Shown one piece after another: positions 18,751-28,817 of a stretch of 32,000 bases of DNA; positions within the stretch are counted from its first letter, which is position 1; each line of letters begins with the position of its first letter. Origin of the DNA: Vibrio vulnificus CMCP6 (lineage in GTDB: Bacteria > Pseudomonadota > Gammaproteobacteria > Enterobacterales > Vibrionaceae); assembly GCF_000039765.1 (NCBI RefSeq), contig NC_004459.3, forward strand, positions 2,241,127 through 2,273,126, read 5' to 3'. The notes beneath the pieces were generated by a model. It was not told the DNA's origin. It saw only the letters and a program-made list of their open reading frames with translations, and made no database searches. The translations under genes were made by a program, and so were the position numbers.

Positions 18751-20634
18751 CTACTTAAAATGGCTGGAGGCTTGGTAACGAAACTTCAGGAAATTCTGCG
18801 CGTTACTCAAAATCTGAAACGCATCTTTTAACGTTCGGCGTTCAAAGTCGGACAGGTTTTCAGGCTCAATATTGTTGTCGGGTTCATTGTCATTTTCGAC
18901 ATCAATGGCTTGATGGCGGATGCGCACCATGGAGATGAACTCCAAGGCATCTTTAAGATTTTGCGCACGACCTTTAGGCAATATGCCCGCATCGATGATG
19001 TCATCAAGACGTTCAAAGGAGTTTTTCGCCGTTGAACCGACGGCAAGCGCGTGCACACGAATCAAATCGGCCAAAGGTGCGGTACCTCGACGTTTTAAGT
19101 TGATCGAGTTGTTATGTCGACCGTCTTTTTCCATCACAAAATCTTTGAAAAATCCCAACGGTGGTGTGCGATTCAAGGCGTTTCTTGCTAAACAAGCCAA
19201 AAAGCGTGGATTGCCTTTGGCACGTTTGACGACAAACTCGGTCAGTTGGTCTGCCCATGCGACTTGGCCGGAAACTCCATCAAGGTCAAAGAAAATCGAC
19301 GCGTTGAGCAGCGCTTTGGGATTAGGATCGTCAATCCAATCGGCAAAGCAATCTCGCCATTGGGCCTTAGTCATACGCCAGATCGGATTCGTAGCCATAA
19401 TATCACCAGTGCAATACTGATAGCCGCATTCATTGAGCGCATCACAGACGATATGAGCCAGTTGTTCAAAGTATTGACCGTGCACGCTTTCTTGATAGCT
19501 GTCATCCAAAATAATCGCATTATCTTGATCGGTCACCAGCAGTTGCTCGTCCCGTCCCATCGACCCCAGCGCCAAAAAACAGTATCGGATGGGGGGAGGC
19601 CCCAATTCTTCCTCAGCCAGTTCGATAATGCGCTGCTTAAAGCTTCGTCCAATCACCGACATCGCACTGCCGACCATATGTGAGTTGGCATCCTCATTGA
19701 CCAAACGCACGAAACTGGCTTTGACCTCTTGAGCGATTTGGGCCAAGCCTTCAAAACTTTGCTGTTGGAATATTCGGCTAACGAGCAGCAGAGAGTTTTG
19801 CGATTCATAACGGACAATGTCGGTGGCTTCAATAATGCCCAGCAGTCGGTTGCCTTGCAAAATGGGTAAGTGATGAACGTTATGGCGTAACATCGTGAGC
19901 ATCGCTTCATAGACGTAGGCATTGTGATCCAATCGAATCACCTGTGGCGTCATAACCGATGCCACGGGTTCATTGGGGGATTTTCCTTGAGCCACAACAC
20001 GAGTGCACAAATCTCGGTCGGTAACGATGCCTGCGATAGGATCACGGTTTTCTTCATCGGCTGTTTGTAACACCAAAAGCGAAGAGACTTGTTCATCGGC
20101 CATTCTTTGTGCTGCGGTTTGAATGGTCGCGCTGGCGTCAATGGTGGGGGCGGTCCGAGTGAGTAGGGTGCGCACTTTGGAGGTGGTGAGATCATTGGCC
20201 TCATTTACCCCTTTCACCGCTTGGCGAAGTCGTGTGGTTTGTTCCACTTCCACAAAGTCAGCGAAGCAATCGTGCTGTTCATACAACTGCTGAAATATCG
20301 CTTCAGGAATGGTGTACACCAAGCAATCTTTGATTGCCGTTACGGGGAAGCGCACACGGTTATTGGTCAACAGGCCCATTTGCCCAAACAGCGCCCCCTC
20401 ATCGAGACGGTTATAGAGTTCGCCATTTCGGCGGTACACTTCCACCACACCGCTTCTGACCAGAAACAGTTCGTGGATCTCGTCACCCGCGTTAATGATG
20501 GGGTTTTGGCTGCGGTAGTAGCCAATCTCGATGTGATGGGCGACGTGCTCCAATGTTTCATGAGGCAGTTCGCTGAAGGGAGAGTGAAGGGAAAGAAAGT
20601 GAAGAATGTCGCTTAATTCTGCTTCCATAATCAA
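18751..20634 (-). CDS. Cyclic-nucleotide-binding/CBS/DUF294 nucleotidyltransferase-like signalling protein
   Basis: 627 aa; CNB domain (AGDEIHELFLVRSGVVEVYRRNGELYNRLDEGALFGQMGLL), two CBS repeats (GIVTDRDLCTRVV, LLGIIEATDIV), nucleotidyltransferase motif GSMGRDEQLLVTDQDNAII. Confidence 0.88.
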   Translation of the reverse strand: MIMEAELSDILHFLSLHSPFSELPHETLEHVAHHIEIGYYRSQNPIINAGDEIHELFLVRSGVVEVYRRNGELYNRLDEGALFGQMGLLTNNRVRFPVTAIKDCLVYTIPEAIFQQLYEQHDCFADFVEVEQTTRLRQAVKGVNEANDLTTSKVRTLLTRTAPTIDASATIQTAAQRMADEQVSSLLVLQTADEENRDPIAGIVTDRDLCTRVVAQGKSPNEPVASVMTPQVIRLDHNAYVYEAMLTMLRHNVHHLPILQGNRLLGIIEATDIVRYESQNSLLLVSRIFQQQSFEGLAQIAQEVKASFVRLVNEDANSHMVGSAMSVIGRSFKQRIIELAEEELGPPPIRYCFLALGSMGRDEQLLVTDQDNAIILDDSYQESVHGQYFEQLAHIVCDALNECGYQYCTGDIMATNPIWRMTKAQWRDCFADWIDDPNPKALLNASIFFDLDGVSGQVAWADQLTEFVVKRAKGNPRFLACLARNALNRTPPLGFFKDFVMEKDGRHNNSINLKRRGTAPLADLIRVHALAVGSTAKNSFERLDDIIDAGILPKGRAQNLKDALEFISMVRIRHQAIDVENDNEPDNNIEPENLSDFERRTLKDAFQILSNAQNFLKFRYQASSHFK

Positions 20635-20814
20635 ACCTTTTGGGTTTTGAGCCTATGGTGACCCGTTGTACGCATAAGCACTCCATGGTAGCGCAATTGT
20701 GCTTTGAGCTAAATGCAATGAGCCAAATTTCTCGGAAAATGAGCCACTTCGCGTATTTCATTGTCGATATCGTCTACGCTTAGTTTAGATAAACGCCAAG
20801 GAAAGAGGTTGAAT

Positions 20815-21447
20815 ATGATAAAACGCGGTTGGTTTGTCATCCCCATATTATGTTCGATGAGCAGTGTCGCGGAGGAAGCCAATGTGCCAGCTTCTACGCA
20901 AGCGGCATACAACAGCATCGCATTATGGGTCGGCTCTGGTACGACCAATCAGGATTGGTTAGAAGGGTCGAACGCATCATTTTTTGAAGTGGAAGGCGGA
21001 CATCTCTATTCCTCGAATGTGCTGGTAAATATGAACTATTCCGCACAATTCTTTCACCCAGACTCTTATACCGTCAGAGTGGATAGAGCACTGCTTTCCG
21101 CCGGGTATCGCTACGCACTGCACGAAAAACTCGATGTCTATGCCTTTTATGGCTTGGGAGGATTTCGAGAAGAAGAACGACAAAAAAGTACAGATACCAA
21201 ATTAAACTCAGAGAAAGGTCTGTTACGCGGTGGCAAAGTGGGTTTTTACTATTTCGCGACGGATAAATTGAGTGTGCAAATTGAAGGCGAGTTCACGCGT
21301 AGCGATTGGGTTGATGAAGATAATGCCAAGCTCTCAGTGGCGTATCAGTGGGGAGAGCGATTCGGTAGTAGCGCTTTTTACAAATACCGAGATGCGGGCA
21401 AAGACTACATCAATGAAGCAGGCATCTCCCTTAAGTGGGTTTATTAG
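20815..21447 (+). CDS. Small outer-membrane beta-barrel protein (OmpA-like barrel fold)
   Basis: Likely start MIKRGWFVIPILCSMSSVAEE with signal peptide; alternating amphipathic strands and C-terminal aromatic residue (SLKWVY). Confidence 0.65.
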   Translation: MIKRGWFVIPILCSMSSVAEEANVPASTQAAYNSIALWVGSGTTNQDWLEGSNASFFEVEGGHLYSSNVLVNMNYSAQFFHPDSYTVRVDRALLSAGYRYALHEKLDVYAFYGLGGFREEERQKSTDTKLNSEKGLLRGGKVGFYYFATDKLSVQIEGEFTRSDWVDEDNAKLSVAYQWGERFGSSAFYKYRDAGKDYINEAGISLKWVY

Positions 21448-21465
21448 CGTAAGCGTTCACAAACA

Positions 21466-21491
21466 AAAAAGGCCGTTTGAACGGCCTTTTT
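21466..21491. terminator. Bidirectional intrinsic terminator between the barrel gene and the aminotransferase gene
   Basis: AAAAAGGCCGTT-tg-AACGGCCTTTTT between convergent genes. Confidence 0.85.
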
Positions 21492-21507
21492 ATTATCATC
21501 TTGCGAA

Positions 21508-22698
21508 TTACAGTACCGCAGCGATGGCTTTACAAAGCGGACCCATGTTGGATTTGGTCATGCCCGCAACGCTGATGCGACCAGAACCGACGATGTAGAT
21601 CGCAAACTCTTCTTTTAGGCGAGCCACTTGATCTTTGTTCAAGCCAGAGAAAGAGAACATGCCGTTTTGACGTTGGATAAAGCTAAAGTCAGCCGCAACG
21701 CCTTCTTCTTTCAGTGTCGTAACAAAAAGTTCGCGCATCTCTTGGATGCGATCGCGCATCTCTGCCACTTCCGCTTCCCACTCTGCACGAAGCGCGGCAT
21801 CGTTAAGGATGTGAGTCACTACCGCACTGCCGTGCGCTGGTGGGTTTGAGTAGATAGAGCGAATGATCGCTTTCACTTGTGAGAATGCCGTTTCTGCGAT
21901 CTCTTGGCTTTCAGCCACTAACGTGAATGCGCCTACACGCTCGTTGTACAGACCAAAGTTTTTCGAGAATGAACTTGCTACGAGGATCTCTTTGTTGAAT
22001 TTAGCGAAGGTACGTAGGCCTTGCGCATCTTCTTCAACACCTTTCGCGAAACCTTGGTAGGCAAAGTCAAATAGTGGAAGTAGGCCCTTGTCGGCAACCA
22101 GTTTAGCAAGCGCTTCCCACTCTTGTGCCGTTGGGTCGATGCCTGTTGGGTTATGGCAACATCCGTGCAGCAGTACCACATCACCAGCGGACGCTTTTTC
22201 AAGGTCGGCCAGCATAGCGGCAAAGTCTTTGTCTTTGGTTTCTGGGTTGTAGTAAGCGTACTCAACCGTTTCTAGGCCTGCTGCGCGGAACACACCATGG
22301 TGGTTAGCCCAAGTTGGGTTGCTGATCCAGATTTTTACATCGCCGAGTTGGCGTTTGATGAATTCGCCTGCAACGCGCAGTGCGCCAGTACCGCCAGGTG
22401 CTTGTGCTGTTTTTGCACGTTGCGCATTGATTAGCTCAGCATCCGCACCAAACAGTAGTTTTTGAACCGCTAATGCGTATTCTGCTGTTCCTTCGATGGT
22501 TAGGTAAGATTTGGTTTTCTCGGTTTCAACAAGCGCTGCTTCCGCTTTCTTTACCGTAGCAAGAACAGGAGTTTCACCTTGTTCTGTTTTGTAGATACCC
22601 ACGCCAAGGTTAATTTTTTCTGCGCGAGGGTCTTTTTTGAATTCTTCAGTTAGGCCAAGAATCGGGTCCGCGGGAGCGGCAACTACTTTTTCAAACAT
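21508..22698 (-). CDS. Aspartate/aromatic amino acid aminotransferase
   Basis: Start at [16 protein letters not shown]; class I AAT motifs ([48 protein letters not shown]). Confidence 0.93.
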   Translation of the reverse strand: MFEKVVAAPADPILGLTEEFKKDPRAEKINLGVGIYKTEQGETPVLATVKKAEAALVETEKTKSYLTIEGTAEYALAVQKLLFGADAELINAQRAKTAQAPGGTGALRVAGEFIKRQLGDVKIWISNPTWANHHGVFRAAGLETVEYAYYNPETKDKDFAAMLADLEKASAGDVVLLHGCCHNPTGIDPTAQEWEALAKLVADKGLLPLFDFAYQGFAKGVEEDAQGLRTFAKFNKEILVASSFSKNFGLYNERVGAFTLVAESQEIAETAFSQVKAIIRSIYSNPPAHGSAVVTHILNDAALRAEWEAEVAEMRDRIQEMRELFVTTLKEEGVAADFSFIQRQNGMFSFSGLNKDQVARLKEEFAIYIVGSGRISVAGMTKSNMGPLCKAIAAVL

Positions 22699-22953
22699 AA
22701 TCTTCATCCATGTTAAATCGAAGGGGGTAGGTCTGTTTATGTTTCAGGGCCCAGCGAGACCATGAAACATAATCAGGCATTCACATAACAGCATTAAGCC
22801 TAACCGATAAACATTGAGGCGAAAGGATGAGCCAATCGCAACCGTCTATTTATACCTTCGAGACATAGCGGACACAACAGTTTGTAAGTAGAAAAGTTAA
22901 AAAAAATTTGATTTGAAACAGAAGTGCTAATGAATTGCGAGTTTTGCTAATAA

Positions 22954-22987
22954 AACACCCCAAAACCGCGGGGGAAATTGGGGTGTT
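22954..22987 (-). terminator. Intrinsic terminator after the HD-GYP gene
   Basis: AACACCCCAA ... TTGGGGTGTT, 10-bp arms; T-rich on the minus strand afterwards. Confidence 0.65.
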
Positions 22988-23004
22988 AACATGATGTTAG
23001 AGGT

Positions 23005-24459
23005 CTAATGAGTTGCGGAGTCTTGATATTGTGCTGCAATACGACAAAACTGTGCTTCTACCGCTAAAAAGGCGTCGACCACTTGAGGGTCAAAATGCTT
23101 TCCTTTGCCATCAAGAATGATCTCTTTGGCTTTATCATGACTAAACGCCGGTTTGTATACACGCTTAGAAATCAGCGCATCGTAGACGTCGGCGAGCGCC
23201 ATTAATCGCCCAGATAATGGAATCGCTTCGCCAGCCAGTTGATTGGGATAACCAGAACCGTCCCATTTTTCATGGTGAGAGAGGGATATCTCTTTAGCCA
23301 CTCGTAAAAAAGAACTAGAGCCCATGCGTTTTTCAGCAATCGAGAGGGCATCAGCGCCAATTTGTGGGTGACCTTTCATGATGTCAAATTCTTCGTCAGT
23401 TAATTTGCCTGGCTTGAGCAGCACACTGTCGGGGATACCGACTTTTCCCACATCGTGGAGGGGGGCGGATTTATAGAGTAAATCGATGTAAGTTGGCGTC
23501 AGCAGAGAAACGTGTTGTGGGTCTTGGGCTAAATGCTCTGCCAATGCCTTAACGTATTCCTGCGTGCGAATAATGTGGGCACCCGTTTCGTTGTCGCGCG
23601 ATTCGGCGAGCGCAGCGAGACTGACGATGGCCACATCTCGAGTGGTTTTTACCTCATCTTGCGATGCTTGCAGGCTATCCAACATTTTGTTGGTGAGCGC
23701 CGCCATTGAACCCAATTCATCATGCTCGAAAACAGCCAGACGGCATCCTATTGCACCATTGGTCACTTCTTGTAGGGAATGTTCTTGTCGCAACAAAATC
23801 TTTTTCATGAGTTTCGACCACAAGAGGAGAATGGCTAGGACATACCCACCTAGTACTACGCCTAAATAGATGAACTCTTTAATGATGCTGATCTTGCCAC
23901 TGCCATCGAGTAATCTCTCTGGGTTGTGCTCCAGCCAAAAAATGTCTTTCACCGCCACCATGGTCAGCATGGTGGTCAACGCGATGATAAGCAGCGTCAT
24001 CATCAAAATGAGCTGTTTGATAATCGATTGTCGCTCGCCACTCAGTGTATCTTGGCGGGTGGCATTTTCCTCAAGAAGCTCAAAGCGAAGTAATTTGGCT
24101 TTGAGTTGCAGGATCAATCCAGTAAAAAAGCCAAACAACGTCATACCAAACAGCACTTTTAAGTTGCTATCAATGGTGAAGTCATATTGGCTGTTGTAGT
24201 AGTAGGCAAGAGGTAAGCTGCCGATAAAAAACAACACGGTATCGAGCTGCGCGTGTTTTTGCTCGCGGACCCATCGATGTTGAGAAAAGAAAAAGTGTCG
24301 TACAGCAAAGACAGCAAGAAAAGTAATAGAAACGTGCACCAGCACTTCTAGCGGTGACAGCGTTGCCAGCATAGGACAAACGCGACCGCCATAAGTACCA
24401 AAAACGATGGCGGCAAGCGCATAGAGTTTGAAAGTTAATGGCGCGTTGTAATGAGACAT
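23005..24459 (-). CDS. Multi-TM HD-GYP domain protein, putative c-di-GMP phosphodiesterase
   Basis: Start chosen at [10 protein letters not shown] (track ORF extends to 24534). N-terminal TM segments, then HD-GYP motifs ([57 protein letters not shown]). Confidence 0.88.
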   Translation of the reverse strand: [484 protein letters not shown]

Positions 24460-24706
24460 TGTGTAAGCCCTTGTTATTATCATTCGCAGCAAATGCGACT
24501 TGGCCAGTTCTCTGCTTGATTGAACCTTCAGCATTACGCTGATTGTTCAAAGAAAAGAACCTTCTTCTCACTTTAGTGTAGAAGAGTGCCTCGCATCAGC
24601 TTGGAATATTCAAGCAAGCAAAAACATTCTTGTTGCAAATAAAAGACCGAGCATTCTATGTTCTCATTGCAATAAAGGATACATTTTTACAACGAAAAAT
24701 AAAAAA

Positions 24707-24729
24707 AGCACCGACGATCATTCGGTGCT
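24707..24729 (-). terminator. Intrinsic terminator downstream of small gene at 24759-25058
   Basis: AGCACCGA-(7)-TCGGTGCT; minus strand reads into TTTTTTTATTTTT. Confidence 0.75.
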
Positions 24730-24758
24730 TTATTCATTAGGTGATGTATCGAAAGCGT

Positions 24759-25058
24759 TTATTTCTTCAGGTTGATTTCTGATTCGATTGCGTTGGTTTC
24801 GATGTCAGGATTGTTTGCTAGTTTTTTCGCTGCCCAATCGTTCATATGTTTAAGAATCGCTTTCATCGCGTGTTTCTCTGTTGGCTGAGAACCCTCTTCT
24901 ACGTCTAGCTCTTGTTTTGGGTGTGAGCCAGTCGCGTCTTCCGCAATGTGCAACCAATCTGGATGCCAATAGTAAGGTTGGCCAGATGGGGCAGTCCAGC
25001 TATGGACGCCATTGGTTTCGCCTTTGTATTGAATGTCATCTGAGTTGTATTTTTTCAT
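24759..25058 (-). CDS. Small conserved hypothetical protein (paralog A, YYWHPDWLHIAEDA core)
   Basis: Start MKKYNSDDIQYKGETNGVHSW; clear similarity to the product at 25236-25466, which supports both as real genes; terminator downstream. Confidence 0.75.
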   Translation of the reverse strand: MKKYNSDDIQYKGETNGVHSWTAPSGQPYYWHPDWLHIAEDATGSHPKQELDVEEGSQPTEKHAMKAILKHMNDWAAKKLANNPDIETNAIESEINLKK

Positions 25059-25235
25059 TTTTATCATCTCTTGTTTTGCGACAGCTGTGCGCATAATCAC
25101 TATAAGCTGCGTAAATGTAACAGATGCGCGCAAAAATAACGTGAAGTGAATCTCGTTGCTATCGTGCGTCTTTTTGACAATCTGTTCTAGTTCTCATTTC
25201 GAACGATTGGCAAGCTCATTGCGATGGTAAGTAAG

Positions 25236-25466
25236 CTATTCACCGTTGAGATGTTTGACAATCGCTTCAGCGGCGTGTTGCTCTGTGGCGGTTTCACCAG
25301 CAGGCACGTCTAATTCGCGTTTGGGATACATACCTATAGCGTCTTCTGCAATATGGAGCCAGTCCGGATGCCAGTAGTAGGGGTTGTCGCCTTGAGGGTG
25401 ATCCCAGCTATGAACACCTTGATGCACGCCGTTATATGAAAGATCGTCTAATGTAAAAACTTTCAT
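25236..25466 (-). CDS. Small conserved hypothetical protein (paralog B, YYWHPDWLHIAEDA core)
   Basis: 76 aa starting MKVFTLDDLSYNGVHQGVHSW with strong RBS (TTAGGAGGAACAATG on the minus strand); paralogous to 24759-25058. Confidence 0.8.
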   Translation of the reverse strand: MKVFTLDDLSYNGVHQGVHSWDHPQGDNPYYWHPDWLHIAEDAIGMYPKRELDVPAGETATEQHAAEAIVKHLNGE

Positions 25467-25626
25467 TGTTCCTCCTAAGAGATGCATGATTTCACTGACA
25501 GTATGGGACAAAAATGGCCAATTTGTAGCAAGAAATGTGACAACTAACTTTGAACAATTACTCATTGCGCAAATTCAGCTCAACAAACTGTGATATGGTT
25601 GCTCGGCTTCGTTTTATGAGGGATGT

Positions 25627-27033
25627 ATGAATCGTTATCGCCAACTGGCACAGTCGTTTAGACAGCAGATCGAAAGTAAAACTTGGAGAGCGGGAGAAAA
25701 ACTGCCTTCAGTGCGAATGGCTTGCAAGCATCATGGTGTCAGTGCGGGTACCGTGTTACAGGCGTATCAATTGCTTGAAGCGCAAGGGTGGGTTATTGCA
25801 AAGCCGCAATCGGGTTATTTTGTCACCTCTGATTTTCAACGACTCACGGCACCACGAGAACCGTCCGTGAGTGCGCTACCGTCATTTAGTGACGAGTTGT
25901 ATGACTTTCTGAAAGATCAAAGTGAGCGTCAGGCGGTGAAACTGGGTTCGGCTTTCCCCGATGTTCATCTTTTCCCCTTAGAAGCCCTCAATCGCAATTT
26001 AGCCAGTGCGGGGCGTAAGATGTCTGCGAATGATCTGCTCAACAACTTACCGCCAGGCAATGAAGCATTGAGACGCTTGATTGCACAGCGATATATCCAG
26101 CAAGGGATGGATTTGACCCATCACGACATCGTTATGACCTCGGGCGCAATGGAAGCGCTAAATCTGAGTTTGCAAGTGGTTACAAAACCAGGAGATACCA
26201 TCATCGTCGAATCTCCGTGTTTTTATGGCGCACTGCAAGCGGCTCAGCGGCTTGGGCTCAACATCATTGAAGTTGATGTTGATGAGTGTGATGGTCTGAA
26301 TCTTGAGCAGTTCGAGCACGTGCTTGCTAACAATGAAGTCAAAGCGTGTTGGTTGATGAGTAACTTCCAAAATCCAACAGGCGTGACATTGAGCGAGCAA
26401 AAGAAGCAAGCGGTGGTCGAGCTCGTTCATCGTTATCAGCTTTACTTAATTGAGGACGATGTTTACTCCGAGCTCTACTATTCACAAGATAAGCCCAGCT
26501 CGTTTAAAACCTATGATCGGGAAGATTGTGTATTGCATTGTGGTTCACTGTCGAAAAGCTTGTGCCCCGGTTATCGGCTTGGTTGGGTCGTGACAAGGCG
26601 TTTTAACCATGCAATCCAAAAGTTGCAGCTGACTTCTACGTTATCGGGCAGTGCACCGATACAACAAGGCGTTGCGTATTACTTGCAAAACGATGGCTAT
26701 GATAAACATCTGCGCAAGTTGCGTAGCACGCTAAAACAACGACAGCAATGGATGATGAACGAACTCAGGCGACAATTGCCTGATACGGTGCAATTTTCAT
26801 CGCCGACGGGTGGCTATTTTTTATGGCTTAAACTGCCTGAATCTATTCAAGCGCATCAGGTGTACACACATCTGAAGCAGCAGGGTGTGCTATCGGCTTA
26901 TGGCGGTTTATTTAGCCAAACAAAGCGATTTGAGCATTATTTACGTATCAATTGCTCATTGCCGGAAAGTGATGACCTTGTGCAAGCAATCCGATGTTTG
27001 GCGGTGACGATTAACCGTCTCGCAACTGATTAG
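25627..27033 (+). CDS. MocR-type regulator: GntR winged helix fused to class I PLP aminotransferase domain
   Basis: 468 aa; N-terminal HTH (WRAGEKLPSVRMACKHHGVSAGTVLQAYQLLEAQGWV), PLP domain with SLSKSLCPGYRLGWVV lysine motif. Confidence 0.92.
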   Translation: MNRYRQLAQSFRQQIESKTWRAGEKLPSVRMACKHHGVSAGTVLQAYQLLEAQGWVIAKPQSGYFVTSDFQRLTAPREPSVSALPSFSDELYDFLKDQSERQAVKLGSAFPDVHLFPLEALNRNLASAGRKMSANDLLNNLPPGNEALRRLIAQRYIQQGMDLTHHDIVMTSGAMEALNLSLQVVTKPGDTIIVESPCFYGALQAAQRLGLNIIEVDVDECDGLNLEQFEHVLANNEVKACWLMSNFQNPTGVTLSEQKKQAVVELVHRYQLYLIEDDVYSELYYSQDKPSSFKTYDREDCVLHCGSLSKSLCPGYRLGWVVTRRFNHAIQKLQLTSTLSGSAPIQQGVAYYLQNDGYDKHLRKLRSTLKQRQQWMMNELRRQLPDTVQFSSPTGGYFLWLKLPESIQAHQVYTHLKQQGVLSAYGGLFSQTKRFEHYLRINCSLPESDDLVQAIRCLAVTINRLATD

Positions 27034-27115
27034 GGATTTTTCCACACAACTGTGCCTGTAGAGAGAAGCGACGGTGTGATTCAATAAAACTCCCTGACAA
27101 AAGGAGTGATGATGG

Positions 27116-27349
27116 ATGGCAACTGAGCGGAGCAAACAACCGGCAAAACAAGAAATTAAACTGATGATTGTCGCTATTTTTAGTGCCTTTTTATTGGTGT
27201 TTGCACACCTGATACTAGCGAAATCTTTTTCACAGCTATTTTGGACTGAATACACTGCGGCAATCATTCCATTTTTCATGCTTGGCTTGTGCTTACTAGG
27301 CGTGAGGTATGCCTTGAATGCGGATATCGAAAATGATGCGCAAGAGTAA
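27116..27349 (+). CDS. Small two-TM membrane protein, unknown function
   Basis: 77 aa with two hydrophobic segments (LMIVAIFSAFLLVFAHLILA, AAIIPFFMLGLCLLGVRYAL); followed by a terminator. Confidence 0.55.
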   Translation: MATERSKQPAKQEIKLMIVAIFSAFLLVFAHLILAKSFSQLFWTEYTAAIIPFFMLGLCLLGVRYALNADIENDAQE

Positions 27350-27366
27350 TATTGCCTTAAAAAACA

Positions 27367-27394
27367 AAAGCCTCCGACTTGGGAGGCTTTTTCA
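27367..27394. terminator. Bidirectional intrinsic terminator between small membrane protein gene and asnS
   Basis: AAAGCCTCC-(6)-GGAGGCTTT with A run before and T run after. Confidence 0.85.
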
Positions 27395-27416
27395 TTTCAA
27401 CGACAATTCTAAAAGA

Positions 27417-28817
27417 TTAGAAGTTTGCGTTACGTGGTGTACGTGGGAATGGGATCACGTCACGTACGTTGCCCATGCCTGTTACGTAAGAAACAAGACG
27501 CTCGAAGCCTAAACCGAAACCAGCGTGCGGTACGGTGCCGTAACGGCGCAGATCGCGATACCAGTTCATGTGTTCTGGATCGATGCCCATTTCAACCATA
27601 CGAGCATCCAGTACATCTAAACGCTCTTCACGTTGTGAACCACCGATGATTTCGCCGATGCCCGGTGCGAGAACGTCCATCGCCGCAACCGTTTTGCCAT
27701 CTTCATTCATACGCATATAGAACGCTTTGATGTCTTTCGGGTAGTTTTTCACGATAACCGGAGCTTTAAAGTGCTCTTCTGCCAAGAAACGCTCGTGCTC
27801 AGAAGACATGTCGATACCCCATTCAACTGGGAACTCGAACTCACGGCCAGAATCCAACAGGATTTGAATCGCGTCTGTGTAATCCACTTGTGCGAAATCA
27901 GAACTCACGAACTGTTCTAAGCGATTGATGACATCTTTGTCGATGCGGCTAGCAAAGAACTCGAGATCATCACGACGCTCTTCAAGAACGGCGGCGAACA
28001 CGTATTTCAGCATGTCTTCAGCCAATTTCGCGATGTCATTCAGATCAGCAAACGCGACTTCTGGCTCAACCATCCAGAACTCCGCTAGGTGGCGGCTGGT
28101 GTTTGAGTTTTCAGCACGGAAAGTCGGGCCGAATGTGTAGATTTTGCTTAATGCACACGCGTACGCTTCACCGTTTAGCTGACCAGAAACGGTTAGGAAT
28201 GTCTCTTTACCAAAGAAATCTTCGTTGAAATCAACATCACCGCTCTCAGTGCGAGGTAGGTTCGCAAGATCCAGTGTTGACACGCGGAACATCTCACCAG
28301 CGCCTTCACAGTCAGAAGCGGTGATAAGCGGAGCCGATAGCCAGTAGTAGCCTTGCTCGTGGTAGAAACGGTGGATAGCTTGAGACAACGAGTGACGAAC
28401 ACGTGCAACTGCACCGATCACGTTAGTACGTGGGCGTAGGTGAGCCACTTCGCGTAGGTACTCGATAGAATGACGTGTTTTCGCCATTGGGTAGGTATCT
28501 GCATCTTCAACCCAACCCACCACTTTCACGTCAGTCGCTGCAAGCTCAAACGCTTGACCAGCGGCAGGCGAAGCCACAATCTTACCCGTTACTTCAACAG
28601 AGCAGCCAGTCGTTAGCTTGAGTACTTCGTCGTTGTAATTATTAAGATTATTTGGGACCACGGCCTGAATCGGGTCGAAACAAGAGCCGTCGTAGATGGC
28701 AAGGAAAGAGATTCCAGCTTTGGAATCACGACGTGTACGGATCCAGCCGCGTACAGTGACTTCACTGTCCACTGCCAGCTTACCGCTTAATACGTCTTTT
28801 ACAGGCGCGTAAGTCAT
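27417..28817 (-). CDS. asnS: Asparaginyl-tRNA synthetase
   Basis: 466 aa; OB-fold anticodon domain ([26 protein letters not shown]) and class II motifs ([58 protein letters not shown]). Confidence 0.96.
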
